Source: a virus (taxonomy: Duplodnaviria > Heunggongvirae > Uroviricota > Caudoviricetes). From it: a stretch of DNA of 64,000 bases. Shown in pieces: positions 1-9,973 of this stretch. The stretch lies in the IMG/VR virus record IMGVR_UViG_3300031413_000001. One strand, written 5' to 3'. The position numbers and the translations under genes were made by a program. The notes under the pieces are model-generated. The model made no database searches. It saw only the letters and a program-made list of their open reading frames with translations, and had not been told where the DNA came from. How positions within the stretch are numbered: the first letter of the stretch is position 1; every line of letters starts with the position of its first letter.

Positions 1-140
1 TGTCGGGGCTTCCAACGCATATTTTTGGGAACACCATCGGACCACCAGATAAACAGCACGAACACAATGGCCGTGAGTCCAGTCAGTAGAACACCGGTGA
101 TGCCGTGGACGAGGTTCATCAAAGTGATTGTAATGCTCAT
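1..140 (-). CDS. Partial membrane protein (runs off window edge), probably near-leaderless
   Basis: ATG at 140 directly after the promoter element at 141-180; hydrophobic MSITITLMNLVHGITGVLLTGLTAIVFVLFIWW. Confidence 0.6.
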   Translation of the reverse strand, partial: MSITITLMNLVHGITGVLLTGLTAIVFVLFIWWSDGVPKNMRWKPR

Positions 141-178
141 ATGTTCTGAGTAACACCAGTTCGCAGCATGTCAACCAA

Positions 179-460
179 TCAACGGAAGACTGGCTTTTGA
201 GTCCGATCAAACCAAGTCAGCTTGAACAGCATGGCATCACTGGCGTCCTGTATGTAAAAGGGCCGGACACTGCCTCCCTGGTTTGCACCCCATGTCCAGT
301 TGCCCTGGAGCGTATCGTCGCACCACTCCAAGATGTCATGCTTCTCGTCCGAGACTCTGACAACCCGACCATCCCGCTTTCGTCTGTATTGTGTGGGGAT
401 CGGTACGTGGAAGACATGCCACTCCAAGCACTTTAGACTAAATGGACTTGGCTGACTCAT
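179..460 (-). CDS. Small protein of the FKLTW-motif family (dispersed copy)
   Basis: ILEWC...W...FYIQDASDAMLFKLTW, same motif as the 56.8-63.9 kb array. Confidence 0.8.
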   Translation of the reverse strand: MSQPSPFSLKCLEWHVFHVPIPTQYRRKRDGRVVRVSDEKHDILEWCDDTLQGNWTWGANQGGSVRPFYIQDASDAMLFKLTWFDRTQKPVFR

Positions 461-734
461 CTTTTTCCACAACATGCTCTAGGAACGCCATCCTGAATAG
501 CATGGCTTGCTCACGATCCTCAATAAAGAACCCAACATGCCAGGCCGTATAGAACGTCCACTCGCAGGTCAAGACGTCGGTTGCCCAACGTCCTGCCTTT
601 CCACCAGCCGTGTGGTGAATGACGACCCGATGCCAGCCCATCTTTTGAGCTGGGTTGTTCTCCGGCTTTCCTCCCAGGAGCTCGTGAAGGGGACCAAAGT
701 TTTTGGGCTGGCTCAAATCGCTCCATGCTCCCAT
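438..734 (-). CDS. Small protein, divergent FKLTW-family member
   Basis: GFFIEDREQAMLFRMAF. Confidence 0.7.
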   Translation of the reverse strand: MGAWSDLSQPKNFGPLHELLGGKPENNPAQKMGWHRVVIHHTAGGKAGRWATDVLTCEWTFYTAWHVGFFIEDREQAMLFRMAFLEHVVEKDESAKSI

Positions 735-1129
735 GCGTCAATGACGGGCGCCGGGCTAAAGCGGCGCTTGAACTCCGCCTTGACGGCCTCGGCCTCGCTC
801 TCGGCCTCCATCTTGGCCATGAAGCGGTTGTACGCCGCCTGCTCGTTGAAGCGCTCGGCGATCGTCAGGGTGTCAAAGACCTGACCATGCTTCTGGTTCA
901 AGTAAGCGAGGCGATTGGCGCGGGCTGCTGCCTCTTCCTTCTCGGACTGCGCGAACTGCTCCTCGTAGGTGTCGAAGAAGTGGAGCATGGACTCCACACT
1001 GTGGCCGCGGGGGCGGAAGCCGTTGATCCCCTTGTAGAGATCGCTGTAGGCCTCCTGAAAGGTCATCGTGGCCATGTCGGCCAGGGTGAGGGTGCGGGTG
1101 ACGCCGTTGTCGTTGAACTGAAGACCCAT
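713..1129 (-). CDS. Hypothetical phage protein
   Basis: ORF downstream of promoter element with GGAG RBS; YSDLYKGINGFRPR. Confidence 0.7.
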   Translation of the reverse strand: MGLQFNDNGVTRTLTLADMATMTFQEAYSDLYKGINGFRPRGHSVESMLHFFDTYEEQFAQSEKEEAAARANRLAYLNQKHGQVFDTLTIAERFNEQAAYNRFMAKMEAESEAEAVKAEFKRRFSPAPVIDAWEHGAI

Positions 1130-1203
1130 TTGATTCACTCCTCTGCCCGGCAACAGCGCCGATGTTCTGGATTTAACACCAGGAACCCAGTTGTCAACCA
1201 GGT

Positions 1204-1716
1204 TTAATCGTCCCAGTCTAAATCAGGAGCCACGGCCTTGTAGGCATCCCGGAACGTCTTGACCTGCATGATGGGATGCTTCAGGATCACTTCACGGACC
1301 GGCTTGGGCTCCTCTTTGAAGCCCGCTATGCTGCCGAGGAACGTGTTGACGCCCTGGCCCTCCACGACCCAGCGAGTCCGCGTAACAACGATGTAGTCGC
1401 CGCGCTTTCGCACCAGATAGTAGGCCTGATCGCGGTCACGATTGCGCTCGTGCCAGAAATACTTGCCACGCGCACCGAAGTCGCTGAGCAGCTTTCCGCC
1501 GTTGGCGCCGGCCACGTTGTCGAGCAGATAAAAGAAGGCCGACGTGGGATTCCGGACCAGATCGGGCCGACCCCAGAGACTGGCCGTGCGACGAGGACGC
1601 TTGTCACGATAGCTGGACGAGGTCATGCCCGACTTCCGAAGCGACCGCTGCCACTGCTTCTCGCGGTGCTTTTCGTACTGTGCCAGGGTCATCTGCCAGA
1701 GGCGTTGCTTACCCAT
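1204..1716 (-). CDS. Hypothetical protein
   Basis: ORF with GAGGAG RBS. Confidence 0.65.
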   Translation of the reverse strand: MGKQRLWQMTLAQYEKHREKQWQRSLRKSGMTSSSYRDKRPRRTASLWGRPDLVRNPTSAFFYLLDNVAGANGGKLLSDFGARGKYFWHERNRDRDQAYYLVRKRGDYIVVTRTRWVVEGQGVNTFLGSIAGFKEEPKPVREVILKHPIMQVKTFRDAYKAVAPDLDWDD

Positions 1717-1836
1717 CGATCTGCTCCTCGTAATTGGGATTGACGATCAGAACAACGGCGCCCCACCGCTTGGTTGCTCGTGCCAGGGCCAGTTCCAGGC
1801 CGCTCATTTGGTTGAAGAGGAAGAAAGCCGTTCTCC

Positions 1837-2403
1837 TTAGTTAAAGTTGGGTTTGGCAAAAATGGTCTTGACATCGTTGACGACCCGATCCCGGTGCTCG
1901 TCATAGCGACGCTTAAACTCGCCCATGTCCTCGCGGTGGATTCGAACTGCATGATAGTCCGATGCGTCCAGGGGACGAGTCTTGCCCCAGGGCTTTCCAT
2001 TGTTGAAGCGGAGTCCCTCACCGAGTGCAGGATAGCCCTCAAGGCGTCCGTCGATGTAGCGCGAGCCATACTGGCACTGTTGGCCGAGAACGCTGCGCGA
2101 GAAGTCGCCGAATGGGCTGTAGCCGTCATCGTGGAACTCGTCGTGGACGATGTCGCAAAGCACGACACCCTGCATCATCGTGGGATCATCGGCCGTCTGC
2201 ATGGGCTCCCGCATCCGGACGATTCCTCGAACGGAAAACTGCGCGAGGCATCGACGATCGAGCCAGCACTGGTTGAAGCTGACCTTTTCGTGGCGGCCGC
2301 AAAGCCAATCAACCACCTCGCCATCCGAGTCCGTAACATAGAACATGCCACCGTTCTCATTGTAGTGGAGATCGAGGTCTTGACCATTGTAACGAATCTT
2401 CAC
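1837..2403 (-). CDS. Hypothetical protein (GTG start)
   Basis: AGGAGATCGA RBS and promoter element upstream. Confidence 0.7.
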   Translation of the reverse strand: MKIRYNGQDLDLHYNENGGMFYVTDSDGEVVDWLCGRHEKVSFNQCWLDRRCLAQFSVRGIVRMREPMQTADDPTMMQGVVLCDIVHDEFHDDGYSPFGDFSRSVLGQQCQYGSRYIDGRLEGYPALGEGLRFNNGKPWGKTRPLDASDYHAVRIHREDMGEFKRRYDEHRDRVVNDVKTIFAKPNFN

Positions 2404-2452
2404 ACTCGATCTCCTTTTGTTCCGATAAACCAGGACTAGCAGGCTTTTCCTG

Positions 2453-2794
2453 TTAGTCAACCATGCTTTGCAGGAAAGCGTTGATGCCAGCGTCCTTCAG
2501 GACCTTGGCGTAAGCGCGGCTTGCTGCCTCGCGAACCTCGATCGACTGCCAGGCCACGCAACCCGCTGGGTACGTTACCTCGGGGCGAACCTCGTAGCCA
2601 CCGTTGTAGCTCTTATCGCCCAGGTTGTTGTCCTTCAGGAACTTGACGAACGGACCGCGCGCCGGGCGAATCTTCACCCATGCAAACCCACAGCATCCGA
2701 ACATATTGCTGGACTCGCCATACTTGGCGATCAGGTCGTCGACTGCCTTCTGGGCTGCCGTGGTTGCTTCCGTGTGGAGTGCCTGTGCGTCCAT
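2453..2794 (-). CDS. Conserved-type hypothetical phage protein (CGFAWV motif)
   Basis: CCGFAWVKIRPARG...EAASRAYAKVL; promoter element upstream. Confidence 0.75.
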   Translation of the reverse strand: MDAQALHTEATTAAQKAVDDLIAKYGESSNMFGCCGFAWVKIRPARGPFVKFLKDNNLGDKSYNGGYEVRPEVTYPAGCVAWQSIEVREAASRAYAKVLKDAGINAFLQSMVD

Positions 2795-2851
2795 GTTCAA
2801 TCTCCGATCTGCGTTTCCGATGTACCAGAGTTAGCACCAGTATCCCGTGCG

Positions 2852-3163
2852 TCAACCAGACTTTTCAGTTATCTCGTCAAAGGCTTCCTTGATATGAACC
2901 TCGATGCGAAGGCGCCAATCAAGAGAGTTGGCGAGGTGCTTGGGGAAACTGTTCGCCGCCTCAATCAGCCGGTACTGTTCGCCATCGTGACGGAACAGAA
3001 GCTCATGCTGGGGCTTCTTGCTTTTCAGAAAACGCTGAATGCGGACGCGGTACTCCGGCGCATCCTTGGTGTCCGTTGGGGATAGGTTTGCAACCCAGAC
3101 CAGCCCTGCTCCTGCAAGACTGGTCCAGATTGCGTAGGGAAGCTGGAGCGGCGGAGGCGTCAT
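2852..3163 (-). CDS. Hypothetical protein
   Basis: ATGA overlap with upstream gene. Confidence 0.6.
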   Translation of the reverse strand: MTPPPLQLPYAIWTSLAGAGLVWVANLSPTDTKDAPEYRVRIQRFLKSKKPQHELLFRHDGEQYRLIEAANSFPKHLANSLDWRLRIEVHIKEAFDEITEKSG

Positions 3164-3555
3164 GCCAGCGCCATTTCCACGTAGCTCATATCAACGATGG
3201 GCTCGGGCGGCTTCGTCGTGATCGTGATGAAAATGTCGGCCGGCGAACCATCCTTCCGTACAGTGTGATCGACCAGGAAGCCGGGGCTGCAACCGCACGA
3301 GCAGCCGGCCTTCTGCGACCACCGGATCTTGCCTTCGAGCTCCGGATGCTGCTCGAGGACGATGGCCTTGTAACGTGCGCTGGGACGCTGGCGGCGCTCC
3401 ATCAGATTCTCGATGATCGTCTCGCCGTCTTCGAAAACGTACACCTTGCTGTTGCTGTAATAGCGACGCATTGCATACGAACCGCGACCTCCGCGCTCGC
3501 TACGTGGGTAGCTGCGAGCCTGCGTTTTGTCTTCCTTGATCCGAACCAGCGCCAT
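3160..3555 (-). CDS. Hypothetical phage protein (WSQKAGCSCGCSPGF motif)
   Basis: Promoter element and RBS upstream. Confidence 0.7.
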   Translation of the reverse strand: MALVRIKEDKTQARSYPRSERGGRGSYAMRRYYSNSKVYVFEDGETIIENLMERRQRPSARYKAIVLEQHPELEGKIRWSQKAGCSCGCSPGFLVDHTVRKDGSPADIFITITTKPPEPIVDMSYVEMALA

Positions 3556-3839
3556 GTGACCAACTCCTGTGTGCGTTTCCTATGTACCAGAATTAGCACC
3601 AAACAGGAACACGTCAACCAGGTTTTTACCTTATTTTCCACCAAATATTCTGGGCAGTCCCATTACGCTCTCAAGCGCGATGTCGGTGTATTTGCCGGCA
3701 TCCCGTAAACCAACGCTTGTCAGCAATTCAGGAAAGGTCACATCATACGCGCGGAGACGCAGGGCATCGCCGGTCAAGCCCTTGAATGTCCCCGCATCTC
3801 GATGAAGTTCCAAGATGGCATCAGCGGTGTTTTGAGCGT

Positions 3840-5555
3840 TCATACCACATCCAACAAAGCGTCGACGTGCCAGCGGCAAAAGTCCTCCATGGCGCCATCC
3901 TTGCCCCAGCCAATGCTGTTGGCCAGTTCCTGCAGGTCCAGTGAGCCATCCCTGATCAGGATCCCACTGTCGGTGAAGAAGCGGACGTTGGCCTGCCAGA
4001 TCACACGACTAAGTTCCATTTCGGCCGAGGGCGGAATCTTTGCCCGACTGCGAAGGCTCACATAGGGAAGCGCATATGGTGCGCGGCCTCGTTGACCACC
4101 ATTGAGCACAACGGAAAGCCCACCCATGTGACTTCCAACGATAAAGTCCCTCAGGTCCACCACATCATAGTAGGCGTCGTCCTTGTAGTCTGCAAAGTCC
4201 GAGAGAAGGATCACATCCGTGATGTTGATGCGATCGCCCAGTCTCATCCGTGCGCTGTTGATGGTCTCACCAGTCACGCTGTCATCTTCGACCAGCACGT
4301 AATCGCCGTCCGGGATGCTGTCCGCCTGTTCCTGCAAGCTGTCGAAGCCAAAGCGCGTATCGCGGAACAATGCCGAGAACTGTGAGCTGCTCTGACTGAA
4401 GTAGCGAGTGCTGTCCAGGTGGTGTACGCCCTGGTAATGGAAGAATGGATCTAAGCTGATCACCTTCCGATCACCGATCAGCCAAGTGGCCTTTTCCTTC
4501 TGCTCACTTACCGGCAGGAGATGGACTTTGTGATTTCCGCCTGCACCTTTGAACAAGTGTGCGATTGCAAGCCGAATTGCGCTCTGAAGCTGAACCCGAC
4601 GCTTTGTGAGCTCCTCACGACCGCCCGGCATCCTATTTGCCCAGCCGACGATTGCCTCGTCTTCCTCGTTGCGGATCAAGTAGGGAAGATTTCCTGTGTC
4701 CTGGTTCTTGTATTCCTGGAAATACTTGGCAACCCGGGGGTTCAAGTGATGATGCTCACCCTCGCGTACCAGCTTGCTCGACACTTCACTCCGCGTTACC
4801 TGTACGCTTGGAATACCAGTTTCCTGGAAGCCACTGTTGTCGGAGCCGTAGACGTAAAAGACATCAAAGATCTGTCCCAAGTTCTGGGACAAGTATGCTT
4901 CCATCCGGCGAGCAACCGCCGTGAAGTTTACCTCGCCCGGCATGTAGCGGGCAGCCCAGGGATCGACCTCAAGCCAGTCGCTGTCCTGCGTTGCGAGCTC
5001 CACCATTGCGATACGATGGACTGCCGAAATACCAGCCGTTCCGTTGTACTTTTGGCTAACGTAGCTGTCATGTCCTGGGGCGAAGAAGCCGCCCATTACT
5101 TGAAAGCCCTGGCCCTCAACGATCTCACGAGCGCGCTCCATCATTGCGATGTGCCCGTTGTGGATGGGAGCCATTCCGCCAGTTGTGATCAGGACTGCCC
5201 TGCGACCACCATTGTTTCCGCCGATCAGCTTGAGCAGGTTGTTGCGAACCTTCTGAAGCGACGTGGTCTGAAACGTTGGATTGTAGGTTCTATATTGCTC
5301 AACCAACTTGGGGAGCCCGTCGTCGAAGAATCCTGCGTTGAACAGGTCCTTGGTGTCGTGACGGAAGTCATAGACCTCACGGTACGTGGGATCGCTGAGT
5401 GCTTTCCAAGCGTACCGCTGATCGTCCGTTAGCACCTTGCCCGAACCAGCTTCTTCGATCTCTTCCCGCGTTGCTACGCGATGAAGGCCCAGCAGATTAT
5501 AAAGATCCGCTTCCGGTCGGTGGGCTGTTATGCCGCATGAATAAGTGTCCGTCAT
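3840..5555 (-). CDS. J-domain-like / nicotinamide(nicotinate)-mononucleotide adenylyltransferase (NMNAT/NadD-like) / phosphoribosyltransferase-like fusion
   Basis: N-term DLYNLLGL...ATREEIEEA...ALSDPTYREVYD; TGGMAPIHNGH (HxGH); HRIAMVELATQDSDWLEVDPW; YGSD; C-term PRPP-loop-like VLVEDDSVTGETI. Confidence 0.75.
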   Translation of the reverse strand: MTDTYSCGITAHRPEADLYNLLGLHRVATREEIEEAGSGKVLTDDQRYAWKALSDPTYREVYDFRHDTKDLFNAGFFDDGLPKLVEQYRTYNPTFQTTSLQKVRNNLLKLIGGNNGGRRAVLITTGGMAPIHNGHIAMMERAREIVEGQGFQVMGGFFAPGHDSYVSQKYNGTAGISAVHRIAMVELATQDSDWLEVDPWAARYMPGEVNFTAVARRMEAYLSQNLGQIFDVFYVYGSDNSGFQETGIPSVQVTRSEVSSKLVREGEHHHLNPRVAKYFQEYKNQDTGNLPYLIRNEEDEAIVGWANRMPGGREELTKRRVQLQSAIRLAIAHLFKGAGGNHKVHLLPVSEQKEKATWLIGDRKVISLDPFFHYQGVHHLDSTRYFSQSSSQFSALFRDTRFGFDSLQEQADSIPDGDYVLVEDDSVTGETINSARMRLGDRINITDVILLSDFADYKDDAYYDVVDLRDFIVGSHMGGLSVVLNGGQRGRAPYALPYVSLRSRAKIPPSAEMELSRVIWQANVRFFTDSGILIRDGSLDLQELANSIGWGKDGAMEDFCRWHVDALLDVV

Positions 5556-5596
5556 GCCACCCACTTTGCACCAGTCTGGAGACCAGTCAACCAGCT

Positions 5597-6013
5597 TTAT
5601 AGGTTTTGGAAGAGCTCATCACCATGCTCACACTGGATATTGCTATCCGTGATCTTCTGGCCAGCAGCCTTGAGAGCCTCGTTGCGGCGACTGACTTCCT
5701 CGGCAGTGTTGAACAGTCGGAGCGATTCCTTGCCCAGGTCGTGGACTTCCCGGATCGTGAGCTTTTTGTCGCCCAGCGCCTTGGCCGTCATCAGGCTCAG
5801 GTCGGGGCAAGCGCCGGTGTAGGTCTGGGTATAGGACTCGCCGTCACCATACTCCTTGGTTTCCGTTTCGTTGAAGACCCGCTTGGCGTCATAGTAATAA
5901 CGCATGGGCGCTTCGCGGTCGGGAAACAGAACGTACTCGGGGGTAATGATATAACCCCAAGCGGCCACGCAGCCGACCATTATGCCGATGCCGATCGACT
6001 TTCCAATGCTCAT
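5597..6013 (-). CDS. Membrane-anchored hypothetical protein
   Basis: N-terminal hydrophobic segment, ATGA overlap. Confidence 0.6.
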   Translation of the reverse strand: MSIGKSIGIGIMVGCVAAWGYIITPEYVLFPDREAPMRYYYDAKRVFNETETKEYGDGESYTQTYTGACPDLSLMTAKALGDKKLTIREVHDLGKESLRLFNTAEEVSRRNEALKAAGQKITDSNIQCEHGDELFQNL

Positions 6014-6249
6014 CCCAGTGCCTTCATCAGGAGTTGATAGACGCGAGCCTGCGGGCTGTCGGGGTAGGCGTGGTCGATTGCCATACCGCAGCGACCAGTC
6101 CGATGACACATCGCCGCCCACAGTGCTTCATCGAGGCGCTGGTTGCTTTCGATCTTGGCTTCCGGGGTGGGGTTCCACTCCTTTCCGCCTGCCTTCATCT
6201 GCGCGTACAGGTTTGTGAATTCCTCGCGCTCGTCAGGGGTCAAGGCCAT
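6010..6249 (-). CDS. Hypothetical protein
   Basis: Tightly packed ORF in operon. Confidence 0.6.
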   Translation of the reverse strand: MALTPDEREEFTNLYAQMKAGGKEWNPTPEAKIESNQRLDEALWAAMCHRTGRCGMAIDHAYPDSPQARVYQLLMKALG

Positions 6250-6447
6250 TTACTTTCCCTTCTCGTCTTTGGATCCCGAAAAATACAGGAGGATCAGGAA
6301 GATGATGATCGACACCGGGAGGGTAGCGACCGTGTTGCGGGTTCCCTCGTCCCAGTGACCGATGTTCCAATCACCGGCGTTGATCATTCCCAGTGCGATA
6401 GCGATGCCCTGCATGATCGCAAAGAGGAGAAGAATGGCCTTGCCCAT
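6250..6447 (-). CDS. Small two-TM membrane protein
   Basis: Two hydrophobic segments. Confidence 0.6.
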   Translation of the reverse strand: MGKAILLLFAIMQGIAIALGMINAGDWNIGHWDEGTRNTVATLPVSIIIFLILLYFSGSKDEKGK

Positions 6448-6647
6448 CAGAAAATACCAGTCCAGTTTTCCGTGGGGCCGAGCACCTTACGAAGACAGGA
6501 GCGACTTTCATCGTCCAGCTTGATGGAGCTCACTTCCCGCGTGGTCATGTCCTCGACCTGGAGGTACATATAGCCATCGTGGTTGCTGGTACCCACCGTG
6601 AACCGATGGGTCTCGCTGATTGCCGAGTTTGCGATCTTTAACGTCAT
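6447..6647 (-). CDS. Hypothetical protein
   Basis: AGGAGATCGA RBS and promoter element. Confidence 0.65.
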   Translation of the reverse strand: MTLKIANSAISETHRFTVGTSNHDGYMYLQVEDMTTREVSSIKLDDESRSCLRKVLGPTENWTGIF

Positions 6648-7221
6648 GCTCGATCTCCTAACAGGAACTGGCCCAGTGTCAACCGTGTTCTTCGGTCCAC
6701 CGCTTCAAGTAGTCGTCGAGGTCGGTCCGACTGGTCACCGGCTTGCTGGCGAACGGATCGGGACGCCACTGGGGATCGTTGGAGAGAACGAGGATGCAGT
6801 TGTCGATCGCACCCTCAGGGCTCAGAAAGCAGTCATCGCTGAGCTGATCGCCGTTGGGCAGCTTGGCTGACCACGACCAGCCCGAGATACCGCTGACGAA
6901 CATGATGTCAACGCCCAGATGCTTGTCGCGAACGTCCTGGAACCGTGGATCATTCTGCTCGCACGGATTGTAGGTCTGAATCACTTCTTTGCCTCCTTGC
7001 TCCGGAGTTCGGCCTGACGCCAACCCCTCTGAAAATCCTTGGCCGCTGCACTGTCACCATATGGGTGGAAGTCAACGTCCTCGCCAGCTTCGAACGCTTC
7101 GCGCCCCTCGACCTCGTTGACATTAAAGCCAATCGGTAGCAGCCATATTGGGGTACGCTTCATGTTCAATCTCCAACCAGTATCACTTCTAAATAGCGAA
7201 CACTGGTGAGAGTTCAACCTT

Positions 7222-7587
7222 TTATTTGAAACGCCGATCAATGATTGCGCTGGCTAGATCATTGTAATAGCCGTTGTGGCCATCCAGATCGTAGAGGTAC
7301 CAGCCCGTTCGGTTGAGCCAACGATCCAGATCAGGATTGCCCACGTGCTCAATGAACAGTGGAAGACGGGGCTTCCAGTCCTCACAAAAGCGCGTGAATA
7401 TTCCCTGCCGCTGAAGATGCTGGGGGAGGGTGATGTTTGCCAGTGTGATCACACCCTTCCAGCGGATCGACCGCCGAACGTAGATCTCCAACCCGCTTGC
7501 CTCTGATGTCCACTCACAGTGTAGGCGGGCCATGCCCTCTGCGGGCTCCAGGGCGTATTCCTCGAAGCGTCTGAGTCCGTAGGTCAT
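7222..7587 (-). CDS. GNAT-like acetyltransferase
   Basis: ITLANITLPQHLQRQGIFTRF (motif A Q/RxxGx), N...GW at C-term. Confidence 0.55.
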   Translation of the reverse strand: MTYGLRRFEEYALEPAEGMARLHCEWTSEASGLEIYVRRSIRWKGVITLANITLPQHLQRQGIFTRFCEDWKPRLPLFIEHVGNPDLDRWLNRTGWYLYDLDGHNGYYNDLASAIIDRRFK

Positions 7588-7991
7588 CCGATTGTCACCG
7601 ATACGTCGAAGCGAGTACGCTCACCCATGTCGCCCTTGAACGTGATGCTATCCCACCAGTCCTCGGTGTCGCTGAAGCTGTACTTTCGGCTTGCCCTGAG
7701 GTTGGTGTGAAAGATCTCGGGCTTTCGCAGCTTGTCCTCCACGACTTCAACCAAGAGGTGCCGAATGTAGCTGTAGGAAAACTCATCGACCTTATGCAGG
7801 AGTTCCGTGTCGATCAGGAGGTGAAAGTCCCGCATGACCATGGGCTCATCGTATTCGAAACCATCGCCATCATCGTACATGGTCCAGTTCTCGTGCCACT
7901 CCAGGACTGGATAGTGACCGAATGCCACGAGGAACATCTGCCGGAGAACCTCGGGTTCAACTTCCAAAGCCTGATTGTAAGTTAGCGCCAC
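7584..7991 (-). CDS. Hypothetical protein (GTG start)
   Basis: Downstream of promoter element at ~8005-8050. Confidence 0.6.
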   Translation of the reverse strand: MALTYNQALEVEPEVLRQMFLVAFGHYPVLEWHENWTMYDDGDGFEYDEPMVMRDFHLLIDTELLHKVDEFSYSYIRHLLVEVVEDKLRKPEIFHTNLRASRKYSFSDTEDWWDSITFKGDMGERTRFDVSVTIG

Positions 7992-8049
7992 GATGTTCTC
8001 CCTAGCCGTTGTCCCAGCCCTAACACCAGAGCTGGGACAGTCAACCAGT

Positions 8050-8811
8050 TTATACCAGGAGATTGACGTACATCTTCTGGATGCGGGGCCAAGCCACCGA
8101 CTTGCTGGGGTTAAAGCGCATCTTGTCCACGACCAGGATACGTCGCGCATAGCCGAGCACTACGTCAGTGGGAGCCTCGTCGAGCAGCTTGGTCAGGAAA
8201 CCGTCGATCTCTTCGTCGGTAGCCGTTCCGGCCTTGCTGGAATTGGCCAGTTCCAGATAGCGCGCTTCCGTTTCGCCGTTGTGCCAGTTTCCCAGGAGCT
8301 CATACGTTGCATTGGCCTGCGCGACACGATCGGCCTCTTCCTGACGAGCGGTCTCCTTGATGTCGCGACGGATGCTCTCGATCCGCTCCTTGGTGTGCTC
8401 CATCAGGGCGCTCTGGAATGCCTCGTAGGTGTCGACGGCCGATCCCTCGTCCTGGATCGCGAAGCCCTGGTCCTCGTCCTGCCATGCTTCCCAGAGGGTG
8501 ACGAGATTGTCGGGGATGAACGTAACGTAGCGGGTGGAACCCATATGGCAGCCGCGCGCATACTCATCATAGGAGAACGTTACGCGGAAGCCACGATCAA
8601 GTGCCTCGCGCTGGAGCCGAATGTCCTCGATGGTTCCCTGATGCTCGCCCCACCGACGACCATCGCTCTCGAAGCTCTTGTTGAAGTGCGTCTTGACCGC
8701 CTCTTCCACGGGATAGTTGCGCTCTGCGCCGGCGATCAGAACAGCGATCGTTTCCAGAACCGTCTGGGGATCACGCTCGCGCTCCACAATCTTAAACAGC
8801 TGACTCGTCAT
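8050..8811 (-). CDS. Hypothetical protein
   Basis: AGGAGATCGAAT-ATG. Confidence 0.7.
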   Translation of the reverse strand: MTSQLFKIVERERDPQTVLETIAVLIAGAERNYPVEEAVKTHFNKSFESDGRRWGEHQGTIEDIRLQREALDRGFRVTFSYDEYARGCHMGSTRYVTFIPDNLVTLWEAWQDEDQGFAIQDEGSAVDTYEAFQSALMEHTKERIESIRRDIKETARQEEADRVAQANATYELLGNWHNGETEARYLELANSSKAGTATDEEIDGFLTKLLDEAPTDVVLGYARRILVVDKMRFNPSKSVAWPRIQKMYVNLLV

Positions 8812-8821
8812 ATTCGATCTC

Positions 8822-9010
8822 CTATGCAGCGTTGACCTGGAAGCCGTAGCCCTTGCCAGATTCAACAAACAGCCGACCCGCGACCTCGGCGGATTCTGCA
8901 GTGGGAAAGGAGGCCGCTTTGCTAAAGTAGCGGTTCTTCTTGCCCTGGTTGTCGAGATAGAACTCTTCGTTTTTCTTGGAGAACTTCCCCATTACTTCAA
9001 CGACGAACAT
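8822..9010 (-). CDS. Hypothetical protein
   Basis: Promoter element and RBS. Confidence 0.6.
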   Translation of the reverse strand: MFVVEVMGKFSKKNEEFYLDNQGKKNRYFSKAASFPTAESAEVAGRLFVESGKGYGFQVNAA

Positions 9011-9064
9011 TCCACTCTCCTCTGCATTTCCGATGTTCTGGATGTAACACCACCCACCCTGCTG

Positions 9065-9394
9065 TCAACCAGGTAGATAGGCTGGCAGCTTTTCCTTGAG
9101 GAGGCGGACCAACTCAGGGTCCATGCGCTCATACTCATCAGGAACATTGAGGACAACCTGTCGCTTGCCATGGAGCGCCCGTTTGAGCGCCTTGCGTCCA
9201 GTTGCTGTCTTCCGATGGTGTTGCTCCATGAAGACCACCACGTCGGCCCATTCCACCATCTCAGGATTCAGGACCACCACTGCATCAAGGTCGGTGCCTG
9301 CGCTGCGGGTCTCCACAGTGGACGAAGCAAACACTTCCTCACCAGTCTTGCTGCGAAGCTTGTTCTGGCTACATACAAAAAGAAGCTTGGTCAC
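9065..9394 (-). CDS. Low-molecular-weight protein-tyrosine phosphatase-like protein
   Basis: LFVCSQNKLRS P-loop (Cx5R), SAGT, EWADVVVFME, VPDEYERMDPELV. Confidence 0.9.
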   Translation of the reverse strand: MTKLLFVCSQNKLRSKTGEEVFASSTVETRSAGTDLDAVVVLNPEMVEWADVVVFMEQHHRKTATGRKALKRALHGKRQVVLNVPDEYERMDPELVRLLKEKLPAYLPG

Positions 9395-9455
9395 CGGGTG
9401 TCTCCTGTTCCACTATGCTTTCCTTTTAGCAGAACAGGACACAGTGTCAACCAGG

Positions 9456-9740
9456 TTATCGCTTCTGCGAGGCCTTCTCGGCCTTTTTGATCTCCGCCAC
9501 CCATTCGTTCTCACGATTGCTCAGCCAGGTGCAAAAGCCCACGGAGAAGAACAGGACCACGTAGCCGAAGAAGCCAGTCAGGCCTTCGGGATTCTGAGGC
9601 GTGACCCAAAAGCTGTTGATGCTGTGGTTGGTCGTTACGGCAACGAAGCCGTAAAAGAGAGCGTTGATCCAGACGTTCATCGTCAGGGGACGGCTCATCC
9701 ACTGGTGGATCAAAGCTCGTTTTCCTTGTACCAGCCCCAC
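9456..9740 (-). CDS. Membrane protein
   Basis: Two hydrophobic segments. Confidence 0.55.
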   Translation of the reverse strand: MGLVQGKRALIHQWMSRPLTMNVWINALFYGFVAVTTNHSINSFWVTPQNPEGLTGFFGYVVLFFSVGFCTWLSNRENEWVAEIKKAEKASQKR

Positions 9741-9973
9741 TCGGCGTTGCTCAGGGTCTTCATGACCTCGATGAACTTCTTCACGGCCTGTTTGGCCTCC
9801 ACGGCGGGGATTACCCCGTTATCGTTGGCCGAGAGTGCTGCGGCGTAGGTTCGCGCATACACGTCTGCGACCATCTTGTCCTTGGCAATGATTGCCTCAC
9901 GACCGTCCATTGGGACCTCCTTTTGTTTCCGATAAAACTGTCCTAACACCAGGACAGGTGGATGCAACCGCTT

